A stretch of 64,000 nucleotides of DNA from a virus. The stretch is from the IMG/VR virus record IMGVR_UViG_3300042311_000577, positions 1 to 64,000 of that record. One strand, given 5' to 3'. The notes beneath the pieces are model-generated. The model saw only the letters and a program-made list of their open reading frames with translations, was not told where the DNA came from and did not search any database. A program made the translations under genes and the position numbers. Every line of letters begins with the position of its first letter. The stretch's first letter is position 1. Positions 46,001 through 55,100 of this stretch are shown piece after piece.

Positions 46001-49000
46001 ATTCTTTAATAACTTCTTCTTTAATAATAGCAGTATTTAAAGTACCATTGTAAGCTTCTAACTGATAACCTTGTTTAGCAGCATACATCTTTTCAAATAA
46101 AGGACTGTTTATATACATCCTTGCTCTTAAGTCAGCTCTAAAACTTCTACCTCCGGAACCTAAACCAGCATTTCTTTTATGGAACTCTTCTTTATCATGA
46201 TTATACTGTACTGTATCACCATATGCAAGAATAGTTGTTTCAAAGTTATGAATCCAAGAATTATATGTATAGGCTTTAACAAGCATCTTATCAATAAGAT
46301 CCTTACTTATTTGAGGATCTTTAACCATATCATAAAGACTTTGATCTACATATTTTGCATCTTCAAGTCTAGAATAATTTGCTTCTGATAAAGTATTAAA
46401 GTATCTAATAACATCAGCTTTTACTTTCTTTCTTAAATCAGGATTCTCATTTATAATTTCTTTTAAATTAAAGTCTTGAGTATTATAATATCCTGTATTT
46501 AAAGCTTCATTATTAACCTCCTCTATATTCTTATCTATTATATCATATAGTAAACCTTGAGTTTTTGGTGATAATACATCATCAAATGCAGTAAATGCTT
46601 CACCAGCCATCACAGTGTTACCTGTATCTTTCCTTACTACATCTCTGTTGTATGCAGTAAAGTTTTTAAAGTAATTAGGTGAAGATTTAAATCTGAAAAT
46701 TCTACCCGCTTCTGCAGCAATATAACCAAGAATGATATTAAAACTTTCAGTTTCTCCTTGATTATTATCAGCCACAGTATTTTTAGGACTAAAGGCCATT
46801 ACATCTACATAGAGATTACTTGATTTTTTACCTGCATATGTTTTAAGCTTTTTAGCTCTTATGTTCATTGCAGTTTGTTTAGAAGCATGTCTCATGAACT
46901 CTTGTACTCCAGACTGCAGCATTGTATGTAATTCTTGTAAAAACTTACTTGTTACATCAGTACTTGCTGTTGAAGTTCCAGTAGAATCATTTGTCTCTCT
47001 ATTTATAATTTGGGTACCGCCTATATTCTCTAGTAATAATTCTGCTCCTGGTAACTTTTCTCCATATGTTTCAGACATTTGATTTAAATCAAAGATTGAA
47101 TTTAATATCATAGAGAATGGAGATGCTGGATTATTTACTTCATTTAACCATTTCATATGCTGGAATCTACCATTTGGATCAGCACTATATGAGGTTAATT
47201 CTTGCCAGTTCTTAGCTTTCTTTATAGAGGTAACTACTCTTGTGATAGTGTTATCTACAAATTGTTCCCAAACTTTATTTTTCTCCGGTGTTAATACACT
47301 GAAGTTTGAATATCCATCAGAAAATCTGTTTTGTAATTCAGCTAATCTTGTTACTTTATTTTTTACATCTCTTGATTTATCACCAGCTGCTTTTTCAATT
47401 GCTGATGGAAGACCATTAAGTAAGTAATACATAGGGTCTTTCTTGAAATCATTTGCTGCAGCATTTAAAGATATATCATTTGACTTAGCTGATAAGTAAA
47501 CTAATCTAATATTGTTATATATGAAATCAATATTATATTTAGCAGCAAATGGTTTTTTCTTATCTCTAACAACAGCTCTAATTTCTGCACTTGTCATATC
47601 CATTTGAATACCTAAAGCAGCTAGAAAATCAACAGCTTTAGTTGGATCCAGTTGTTTATTTAATGAAAAATCATTTATAATTTTATCTACATCCAATATA
47701 TTAAATCCATACTTTTTATCTTTAACTATATATGGATTTGTTGCTGTGTCAGCAATATTAAAATTTGTAGTCCAATCATTTATAATCTTATATACATCAA
47801 AATTAGCAGCTGCCAATCTTGATTCAAATTTTGATTTTTCTGGTATTCTTTTACCGTCAACATACTTTTGTTTTTCTATTATAGTTTTGTTGATGTTTAA
47901 CTGTATGTAAGGTATGACAGGTTTTTTAAGATCTTGCCAGAAGTTTGTCTCAGACTGAAATTCTGTTTTATTATTATATGCACCAGGTCCCATAACATAT
48001 GGATTAGGAAGCATATTTAATATTTGTATAAATTCAGGATTATTTGGTATTCCTTGAGTTAGCCTATCATGCATGTCTTGATAGTCAAAAGAACCTTGTA
48101 AAGTTCTTGCAACTCTATTCCACATATCACTCATAGGCTCAAGAATTGGCAAACCAAACTCATCAGTATCATATACATAATTCTCAACACCATTGGCATC
48201 TTTCTCTAATAAGTAATCCTCATTATTTTTTCTTTTGAGTTTGAAAATACCAGACAACATCATAGTTGTATCATCTGTAGCTAACTGTTTGGCAGAAATA
48301 CTATTACCTTCTTTTGTTGAAAATAAAGTTGTTGTAGGATCTTCTGTTTCATCAACATAAGCATCTTTAAGGACACTAAATCTTGACCGTTTCATATGAA
48401 AAGCTACAACCCCTTTATCAGTTTTTTTACTTAATGCTTCACCTATCACACCGTAGTTCTGTACAATTTTAGTGAGCAAATTAAGTCTATCAAAATGTTT
48501 TTGTTCTAAGATATAATCTGGATCATTACTCAATACATTTTTTTGAGCAATTTCTCTAGTAACCTCATGTTGTTTTTCAAGTAAGGCTTTTACTTGTTTT
48601 TCAAGTGTTGTATATAACGATTGTCTGTTAGTAACATTACTCAATAACTTAACTGCACCACTCGTTGTATTATACCTAGTATTATATTGCTGAAATGTTC
48701 TAGCCATTAATACATCTAACAAATCAACAATTTTACTTGATTCACTATCTGTTATTTCATTATAACCAGCATAAGCATCATCTAATGGAGTTACTGTATT
48801 TTTTGCACTATTTAATCTTTCAAATCCAGGCATTAGATTATTTGCCGCATTCTCTGTGTCAATAGTAAAGTTACCGGTATGTAGCTTGTCATAATATTCT
48901 TTAACTAAAGGAATATCATATAGTCTAGTTATATCTCTGTTAGATGTTTTACCAAAGAAGAACTCAAGTATTTTTTTGAATTTATCATATACTCTTTGAA

Positions 49001-52000
49001 TAAAACCTTTTGCTTTTTTTCCATCTACAAGATACTCAATAAAACCTTCAGCTAATTCTTCCTCAACCTCTTTATAACTTAATGTTTCCCATTTAGGATA
49101 ATTACGTACTTCATCATAAAGCTTTGTTTTTTCTTCTCTGGTTAATACTAATTGAGAAAATGCATGCCATGATTCATGATACAATGTAATAGGTAATGCA
49201 TCTCCATATAATTCAATCTTAGCAAGAAAACCTTTTTTACGTGAAGGACTGATTACTTCTGATAATTTAGAAGCAGATGCTATAAATGTACCATAAGCAT
49301 CAGAGTTATAAATTAAAGATAATCTCTCTACAGAGACTTCATTCTTAAGTGGACTAGACTCCCACCACTTTAATACTTCATTCCATGATGCTTTATCACC
49401 ATATATCTGAGTCATTAAAGCAGTTTGTCTTTTATTTCTATCCAGAGTTACATCTGGAAAATCCATACTTAGATCAAGACCATCAAGTAGATTATCAATA
49501 TTCATTTTATTGATCTTAGCATCTACTACTTTTATTTCTTCTTTTGTTAACTTAGGTTTTACTACTTTAGCAATCTTTGTAGAGGTATCAACCGGTTTCT
49601 CAACCTTAGTTGTTTTTCTTTTAAACTCAGCTGACTTTTTATTATAAAATCTACTTAAGAATTTTGATTTAGTATTGGGTGAATTCTGATATCCTTTAGT
49701 TAAATAAGGAGCAGAAGTTTTTAATGCATAGTCTTTAAATGCAATTATGTCTACAGGAATACCTAGTTTTTTTGCAGCTTTGATTGACGCTTCAGCTATA
49801 CCAGTTTGACCATTACTAATGATTTTACTAATTGGGTATTTTTCTGAAACTTTACTTAATATGTTATAGATATATTTATCTACATCTTCTTGAGTATATC
49901 CTTTTTTATATAAGGCTGCAATATCATTACCTACAACATTTATTATGTTTCCACGGATTGCAGAAAGATTTTTTACAATTAAATCAATAGCCTCATCTGA
50001 AGGATTAAATCCTTTAGGTGCATCTTTCTTAGAACCAAGAATTACACTATGCCATTTTTTTTCTTTACTTGCTCTTTGTTGGATTATTTTTTCATCACCC
50101 ATTGTAAAGTCTGTACCTAGACCTAAAACAATATCAGCTTTATTCATATTTGAAACAAGCACTTTTCCATTAGGCAACTTACTTGCAAAAGCTGAAAGTT
50201 TAAATCCTTTTTCTTCTTCTTCTCCTTCTTCAGTTTCTTTTGCTTTTTTGATTGGTTTAGCATCAACTTCATCTAAGACTAAAGAATCATCATAAGGCAT
50301 TCCTAATTCAATAAAATCATCAGCTTGTGTAGTAAAATCATAAGGTACTGCAAATTGAAGATATGAATTCAAACCTGCAAAATAATTCATGTTAGGTTTT
50401 GAATAATCAACTTTCATATATGGTTTAATGAAATCAAAATAATCTTTCTCAACTTTTCTAATGATAGGATTACCAGATCTATTAGTTGTAAACTCATAAT
50501 CAGTAAAAGTTACTCCTTTTTGTATGGCTCCATCAACAGCAAACTTTCTCATGTAACTCATACTAGCAGGATACTGAGCTGTTATATTTCCTTGAGAATC
50601 AGTAAATTCTTTTACTTTCATCAAATGATTAAATATTTTATTCTCAGCATCTTCTGATTCTAAATCTATAGATTCAGATTGTTTTGTTTTTCTATCATAT
50701 AATGATACAGAAAGTTTATTCTGATTTAAAACTTGTATTAACTCAACAGTAATACCATTACCAGAAGTCTGATTAGATAAGAATGTTTCATAGTACTCTA
50801 ATTTTGCTTGAGGGCTCAAAGGCTCACCATCTGATAATAAATCAGTAGTTAGAATTTTTGCAATGTTTCTAGCAATTTTTTCATCTATGTCCATTCTTTG
50901 TAAATAGATTTTATTATCTATTGCTACTCCTGAACTAATTTTACTTGTCATAAAATAACTTACACCCTCCATACCAGTATCATGGATATAAATCATTTCT
51001 ACATCATCTTTAAAGTCAGTATTTGAAAGTAGTTCGGATTTTTTTTCTACAATACCATAACTACCACCAACAATAGGTAATAAAACATATGCATCTTTTT
51101 CAAGTTCTAAAGCTTCATTTAGTCTTTGAAGATCATTCATGTTTTGTGTCTGCATGTTTTTATAATCTGCATATGCAGCATCTCTTTCTTCTTGACTATA
51201 TATTTTACCGTTATCTAAAGCATTTTTAATATCTTGCTTAACTAAGTCTTGTGGAGAAATCAAACTATATAGATAGCCTGCTCTATTTCCTAGATAAAGT
51301 TTACTATTATAATTTACTACAGGTCTTATATATTGATAAACAATTCTTCCACCGGTTTCAGTTACATTACCAGCATCATCAAATCTTATAGGATTACCAG
51401 CTCTATCTGAAATAATACCAACATTTATATTGTAGGTTTTATTCTTTGTTAAGAATGTAGTATCATATTCTGTTAGATCTTCTTTGTCTAAACTTCTGAT
51501 AGACTGAGCTTTAAGCATTATAGGAGTATCTCCTAACATTACTTTATCTGTCTCAGTTTTATTTCTAGAAAGCCATATAACATTCTTAATGACTTTGTCA
51601 AACAAGACTTTCTCATTGTCAATCTCATTTCTTTCTTGTTCAGTCATTGTCTCTGGATTCTTTGCAACTGCAATTTGACCAGAGAGTTTTAATGGATTAT
51701 CTACTTTAGCTTTTTCCTGTACTGATGACCAAGGTACTATATCACCATTATCATTTTTTTGAGGAATTGCTTTAGATTCTCTATTACTTTGTTTGATTTT
51801 AGAATCAATTTGTTTTTTATTAGTTTTAATTCTTTTGGGTTGAACAAATTCTAATACCTTGTCAATATTATCCCATTCAACAGATAAATCATATACAGGA
51901 TCAAACTTAAAATCTACTGCTTTACTTTTTAAATAAGTTCTGACTTCTGGATCCTTAGCAACCTCTATTAAGATATCCGGAACAGCTTGCGCATACAGTA

Positions 52001-52169
52001 AACCATTTGGCTCATCTTTAAATTCTTTATATACTTCTTTTATGAATTTATTAAATTCAATATTATTAAATGGAGCAAGATCTGGATTATCCATCCGATC
52101 TTTTATTTCTCCATAGACAATACTATATAATGCTACTAAATCATTTTCAGCATACAGTTGACAGGCCAT
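40083..52169 (-). CDS. virion-packaged two-barrel (DPBB) RNA polymerase, crAss-like, with accessory domains
   Basis: Catalytic loop GADFDIDKL (DFDID at 44511-44525) preceded by GVRIP.QG..SM; ADGQGW and HKFS motifs; 4028 aa. DFDID is the catalytic motif of phi14:2 gp66-type RNAPs. Confidence 0.88.
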   Translation of the reverse strand: MACQLYAENDLVALYSIVYGEIKDRMDNPDLAPFNNIEFNKFIKEVYKEFKDEPNGLLYAQAVPDILIEVAKDPEVRTYLKSKAVDFKFDPVYDLSVEWDNIDKVLEFVQPKRIKTNKKQIDSKIKQSNRESKAIPQKNDNGDIVPWSSVQEKAKVDNPLKLSGQIAVAKNPETMTEQERNEIDNEKVLFDKVIKNVIWLSRNKTETDKVMLGDTPIMLKAQSIRSLDKEDLTEYDTTFLTKNKTYNINVGIISDRAGNPIRFDDAGNVTETGGRIVYQYIRPVVNYNSKLYLGNRAGYLYSLISPQDLVKQDIKNALDNGKIYSQEERDAAYADYKNMQTQNMNDLQRLNEALELEKDAYVLLPIVGGSYGIVEKKSELLSNTDFKDDVEMIYIHDTGMEGVSYFMTSKISSGVAIDNKIYLQRMDIDEKIARNIAKILTTDLLSDGEPLSPQAKLEYYETFLSNQTSGNGITVELIQVLNQNKLSVSLYDRKTKQSESIDLESEDAENKIFNHLMKVKEFTDSQGNITAQYPASMSYMRKFAVDGAIQKGVTFTDYEFTTNRSGNPIIRKVEKDYFDFIKPYMKVDYSKPNMNYFAGLNSYLQFAVPYDFTTQADDFIELGMPYDDSLVLDEVDAKPIKKAKETEEGEEEEKGFKLSAFASKLPNGKVLVSNMNKADIVLGLGTDFTMGDEKIIQQRASKEKKWHSVILGSKKDAPKGFNPSDEAIDLIVKNLSAIRGNIINVVGNDIAALYKKGYTQEDVDKYIYNILSKVSEKYPISKIISNGQTGIAEASIKAAKKLGIPVDIIAFKDYALKTSAPYLTKGYQNSPNTKSKFLSRFYNKKSAEFKRKTTKVEKPVDTSTKIAKVVKPKLTKEEIKVVDAKINKMNIDNLLDGLDLSMDFPDVTLDRNKRQTALMTQIYGDKASWNEVLKWWESSPLKNEVSVERLSLIYNSDAYGTFIASASKLSEVISPSRKKGFLAKIELYGDALPITLYHESWHAFSQLVLTREEKTKLYDEVRNYPKWETLSYKEVEEELAEGFIEYLVDGKKAKGFIQRVYDKFKKILEFFFGKTSNRDITRLYDIPLVKEYYDKLHTGNFTIDTENAANNLMPGFERLNSAKNTVTPLDDAYAGYNEITDSESSKIVDLLDVLMARTFQQYNTRYNTTSGAVKLLSNVTNRQSLYTTLEKQVKALLEKQHEVTREIAQKNVLSNDPDYILEQKHFDRLNLLTKIVQNYGVIGEALSKKTDKGVVAFHMKRSRFSVLKDAYVDETEDPTTTLFSTKEGNSISAKQLATDDTTMMLSGIFKLKRKNNEDYLLEKDANGVENYVYDTDEFGLPILEPMSDMWNRVARTLQGSFDYQDMHDRLTQGIPNNPEFIQILNMLPNPYVMGPGAYNNKTEFQSETNFWQDLKKPVIPYIQLNINKTIIEKQKYVDGKRIPEKSKFESRLAAANFDVYKIINDWTTNFNIADTATNPYIVKDKKYGFNILDVDKIINDFSLNKQLDPTKAVDFLAALGIQMDMTSAEIRAVVRDKKKPFAAKYNIDFIYNNIRLVYLSAKSNDISLNAAANDFKKDPMYYLLNGLPSAIEKAAGDKSRDVKNKVTRLAELQNRFSDGYSNFSVLTPEKNKVWEQFVDNTITRVVTSIKKAKNWQELTSYSADPNGRFQHMKWLNEVNNPASPFSMILNSIFDLNQMSETYGEKLPGAELLLENIGGTQIINRETNDSTGTSTASTDVTSKFLQELHTMLQSGVQEFMRHASKQTAMNIRAKKLKTYAGKKSSNLYVDVMAFSPKNTVADNNQGETESFNIILGYIAAEAGRIFRFKSSPNYFKNFTAYNRDVVRKDTGNTVMAGEAFTAFDDVLSPKTQGLLYDIIDKNIEEVNNEALNTGYYNTQDFNLKEIINENPDLRKKVKADVIRYFNTLSEANYSRLEDAKYVDQSLYDMVKDPQISKDLIDKMLVKAYTYNSWIHNFETTILAYGDTVQYNHDKEEFHKRNAGLGSGGRSFRADLRARMYINSPLFEKMYAAKQGYQLEAYNGTLNTAIIKEEVIKESKYKPEYSEALIEDYTKRYIAAGKSKKEATRLAKELSETVLKDYSNMKIADGQGWINFEAYRMLKNLEGNWSAQQEDLYRKIVKGDIISGSDIQQFFPPYKLQYYGNIKTEGLPVVSFHKFSLAPIIPTVHTADTKLGQIHDMMLKQNVHYVLMETGEKVGHIGNGDEIIDKNGNIDTSVEFTKNVVFAEFLKNQTEVNSKYKEKSIFSTQMRKMILEGLYENGEITSKDPKVIALVNNYVDRVSAYTELLKNELTDELGFKVNEAGEYIPVDKDSIAKLAKMIRDTLTRDDVYSDKLIDIIDVTEEGELRFDLSLHPEAAKIEKLLLSVINKRIIKQKVKGEPLVQKSSGFYDGLINLELDLDKMNPAARDAAVKKYMGSNFLPTYHKGADGKTTAMKVAISLQGDYENLLNLEYKGEPISTLDRLNEAIKDDEWLNDNDASNRKAITMVGVRIPVQGLNSMEFMEVYHFLPPQAGNIIIPPPEIVAKSGADFDIDKLSIFMTSIDPEGNIKKSMFEKSEDFYEALKDPSKYDMTKEEIYAAQKAGLENELINDIRSILELPQNFVSLITPNGTYLVKPIADKLAEYVMDYNPLQNIMSDTPNLSAPDKNGKQKEVISPTRIFEAGYNLYKHESNVVGKRTLGLGAIENTFNVIFNSLGAVMPAVYMHSNEKEFRKSFLGLRHHKTTKNGEDVISISNIYDVDGNNKVADIISQLMNGWVDVEKDAWVFFVQGNYEVAPILLYLLKTGVPVKEAIYFVSQPLVRQYVKERRLINSTFAEPLRKSAKDIGVAFKAATNVIARNFDKMLPDDLSRYTAGEKMLNIYFDANEREGGDRHFTEEEMLNLIKDSKDNPEKAMSSLSRTMFLHYLTIEKQIEGITRLKMAANPDTALDTDIGQVIQAESDIDELAAETKIDPDLRTGMLYDSIISSFFNTKMVKGLAKPLFKFRYDEDIQDYIQNYLSDFTNTAALKTVFGKMYREKFPIVFRNDILSYLFQNAVRKYSLDKEYSSYNLKDSISVTPAAGLKFGAFVTEEKGVPTVVVDKVQIEKEFFDKAYLEGSEAQNSYESRGLFPLKPGHFGKNTPSNKEEYLRFVIEREYLRHVMPMAEIVKSQEFKKELINTKKTSVISDESKNRRYTYEKILTSRALDNTLNPYHLFYDNDQAYSIRLDRIKTMYKNDFVGDYPVLSRMIPDINNNKTMFNFYLDDKDMNSFKSNTYTQNLKDLGDRNVIKVKDKTENDRISDFFSNITYVAMMQSGTNKSKYNMINITDFDKFLEIMNQETAKFLTSPNKIQLLVDFKNKFEKTNSQANRDRYRFKNYLTGLNVDKSLNSNEVLPLPPTESDETGDQLEEPMFQLKDARNASKAIKELDDYLLKFVKQFGVQSKEFETLKDKLGVDALGATDVLNKLIWYTKDRNAETIPEEVGHMLVMLMGPNHKAIKQLSRNITTWDEYDSVYAEYMPLYKNEEQVKIEAMGKLISKSLVSNYEAAGLDKSLIKTLIKAIEDLILKMFKNFALFQTMNYNARIADHIALNVLAGNTEYIADITEKRPKLNYDEAIKNNPLAKKIIDTFAKDLKFPLVGSLAIAGQGEVIYRPSEEPIHDLDFIVDGTNQQNLENLEEALNLLNAVPVHFGWSKTAYTTYAYYIPKPGYTVEVTARNKQGWALKGAVIVKDSKGNKVDITADTVIPVDFFTYENSKPNENIINIFSSWNDIYRGKSTLSPLDDKERWFRREKDQKDYINLNPINRSIKSDPAFIYYQLAEEQNELSKPASENLVERKNLISTINPKVFVYNDLSGTEKAYKYIVDNNPDVTFVYQFSLGQRQNFEKLTEKEFNSKKLTGQVQLKKLANSASIGIITGQNNIDDAFSKTDPKYYKALQNEIEKAIAEINQVIQDGGNVAFSINGYGDPSLMPQELFVYLSKRLFEEFQYLNPGSEFSKEVSSQVAKYQPITDAEILAKFEGENNPLNCI

Positions 52170-52179
52170 TTTTAATTAT

Positions 52180-55100
52180 TTAAGGAGTGGTACAATTATC
52201 AATATTATTATTTTTAATGATATTCTTTGCTGCAGCAAATCTACTCTTCTTATCACCGGCCGCTTGTTGTTTAGCAGCTTTTAAAAGTTCTTGATTTTGA
52301 GCTAAATTTTCAATACTACCTTTAGCTAAATCTGCAGTAGACTTATCTACATCTGAAACTATTGTTTTTTCTGTTTCTTGTTTAATGGCCTCTTCCGTAT
52401 TCTTAATAAAATCTGATTTTATTTTATCCTCTGTAATTGTTTTTACAGAAGCTTTCTTACCTTTAGTTCTATTAACAATTTGCTCAATAACAATCTTACC
52501 GTCTTTAACTTGTTTCACTTTTACAGGTTCATTATTTTCAATTCCAAAGATAGGATTTTTACTGATCAATGTGTCCCCTGGTTGTAAAATATCTTCAGAT
52601 ACACTAGTATTTAACTCTTGTTTTTTATTTTTATTAAGTCTTGTAATTACATCAGCAAATGCTAGATTTGGTTCTTCACTTATTAAGATAAGTCCATCCA
52701 TGTAAGCTTCTTTTAAATCTTCTAAGTTTGTAGCAGAGTTCATTTTTTTGATAATATTTTTAAACTCTTCTTTTGTAAATGTTTCTGCTTCAGTATTGAA
52801 TATAGCTGCAGATGTACCTTTTAATAAAGCATCTATCTCAGCATCAATATCAAATTTAACAGGAGGTGTTCCTTCTTTAACAGGAGTTCCTTCTAAAGTA
52901 GCAAGTTCATTTTCTAATTGTTCTAGCTTTTGATTTAATTTTTTAAGCTCTGGATTTTCTTGTATAGCTCCTTTTACAGTTGTATAAGCAGTTTTAGAAA
53001 CTTTCTCAATATTCTTTTTAAGTTTTGCAATATCAGTTTTTAACTTTTTAATTTTTGCAGCTACTTCTTTTTCATCTTTTTCTACTGGTTTTACAGGTTC
53101 TGATTTTGCTTTACCTTCTTGTTTTAATTCTTCAGGTAAATTTGGTTCAATCATTTCAATACCATACTTTGCAAGTACCTCTGGTGCTACTGGCTCTAAT
53201 GGTGCTAATACACTTTTCTTAAGATTTTTAAGTTCATTCTCAAGTGCAGTGATAGCTTTAGTATCTTTAGTTTTGGCTTTTTCAAGTGTAGACAACTTAG
53301 ATTGTAGATTTCTAATTAGAGGGGCATTTACCTGATTTGCAGCTGAGACAGCGTAACTTATATTACCGTCCATATCAGTTTTAGTTTCTACAGGAAGTAT
53401 AGATATAGTCTTAGCTAAGATACCAGTCATGTTATATAACAATGTTCTATAAATAGATAACTGAATCCTATAGTCTAATTTTTTACTATACTTATTATCT
53501 TCATCACTAAAGTTAGTCCAGTTCTTACTTGTTTTAACATCTATAATAACCAAGTCTCCAGTTTCTCTATTGAATGCTATTAAGTCCATGGCTCCTACTA
53601 ACCCCAATGAGTTAAGTAAAGTTTTATCAAATATTAAAACATCACTTGATAAGATTTTGTATTTACCGTCTATAACAGAATCTTGAAGCTCAGTAATTAT
53701 TCCATTATCACCAAATAGGTTATCATAAGATAATTGATTTATTTTAGAAGACTTTTCAGGCTTCATAAATTTACCATCAGGACCAATTCTAAATGACTCT
53801 CTAGTCATATCATCAACAGTATTACCTGCTATTGTAGACTCATCATATGCCACTTTTTGCACTGCTTCTTTCAAAGACTCTCTTGTAAGATTACTTGATA
53901 AAGCTCCTCTAATGATATCAAGTTTTCTTTGACTATTTAACTGAGCATAACTACCTCTTTTAATCTCATTCTCTAATGAGGTCATGAAATAATTTAATTT
54001 CTCTTCAGATTTTATCTCATCATTTTTAATAATTTCATCAAATAGATTTAAAAGTGTAGGTCCTTTTTTACTTGTTTTTTCATCTTCATTAACAGGATCA
54101 TAACCAGGAAATTCAGGTTCATTTTTTATATCACTCTTAATTCTAGATGTAATTTTTGTAACTCTTTCTGGTCTTTCCTCTTTATCAGTAAATTTATAAC
54201 CTATTACATTTTTACCATCCATTATTCTTTCAACTTCATTTTGTCTATTGACAACCATTTCATTGAAGATTGTGAAAGTAATAGCTTGATTATTTTTTTC
54301 TGTAATATAATTAGATCTTAAATATTTAATGTATTTATTTAATTCAGCTATATCATTTTTAATTGCAGTTCTAGTACTGTTATTTAATTTATTACCATCA
54401 CTGTCTTTGTTTGCATCAAGCATTTTTTCAAGTTGATCTCTTGTCATTTTTAATGATGTCAAACTATATTCAGTAATAGCTTTAGTTAACTCAATATATT
54501 TAAGATTAGGAAGAGCTGATTCAAAATCTACAGGTCTTTCATTGTACATTTTGATCCTATCACCTTTTGTTGCAAACCAACTATTTCTTAATTTCTCATA
54601 TTCAAATGAGTTAATATCTTTTAGATCAGCTCGTTTACCCAAACCTTCTGGTTCAGGGGCAGTTAAAAATATATCAAATTCTTCCTGTAATTCAGCTTTT
54701 AAATCATTTGGTAATTCATCCCAAGGTGTATCAATACTTACTTCAGATTCAGTTTGTTTTTTAGCAGCTGTCTTAGGTGTTCTAGGAGATTTACTAGGCT
54801 CTTTAATTTTATTCTCTACAGCCTCTATTAATCCTTCATATTTCTTCTCAGTGATTTCAATTTGTTTTTGATAATCTTCCCAAGATTTTGTTTTTTGAAC
54901 AGGCGGTGTTGGATCAAAGTCTGCAGCTGGAGTTTCATTTTGTAATTGCAATAACCTTCTATTGAGTAATATTGGTAATGCATATTTATTTTGAGCAGTA
55001 GTTAAAGAAATGTTTTGTGCTAGTCTTACTGACTCAAGATCATTTGGATCAGTATCACTTTCATTAAACAATTTTCTAGCATACTTCTTTAATTTTTTAC

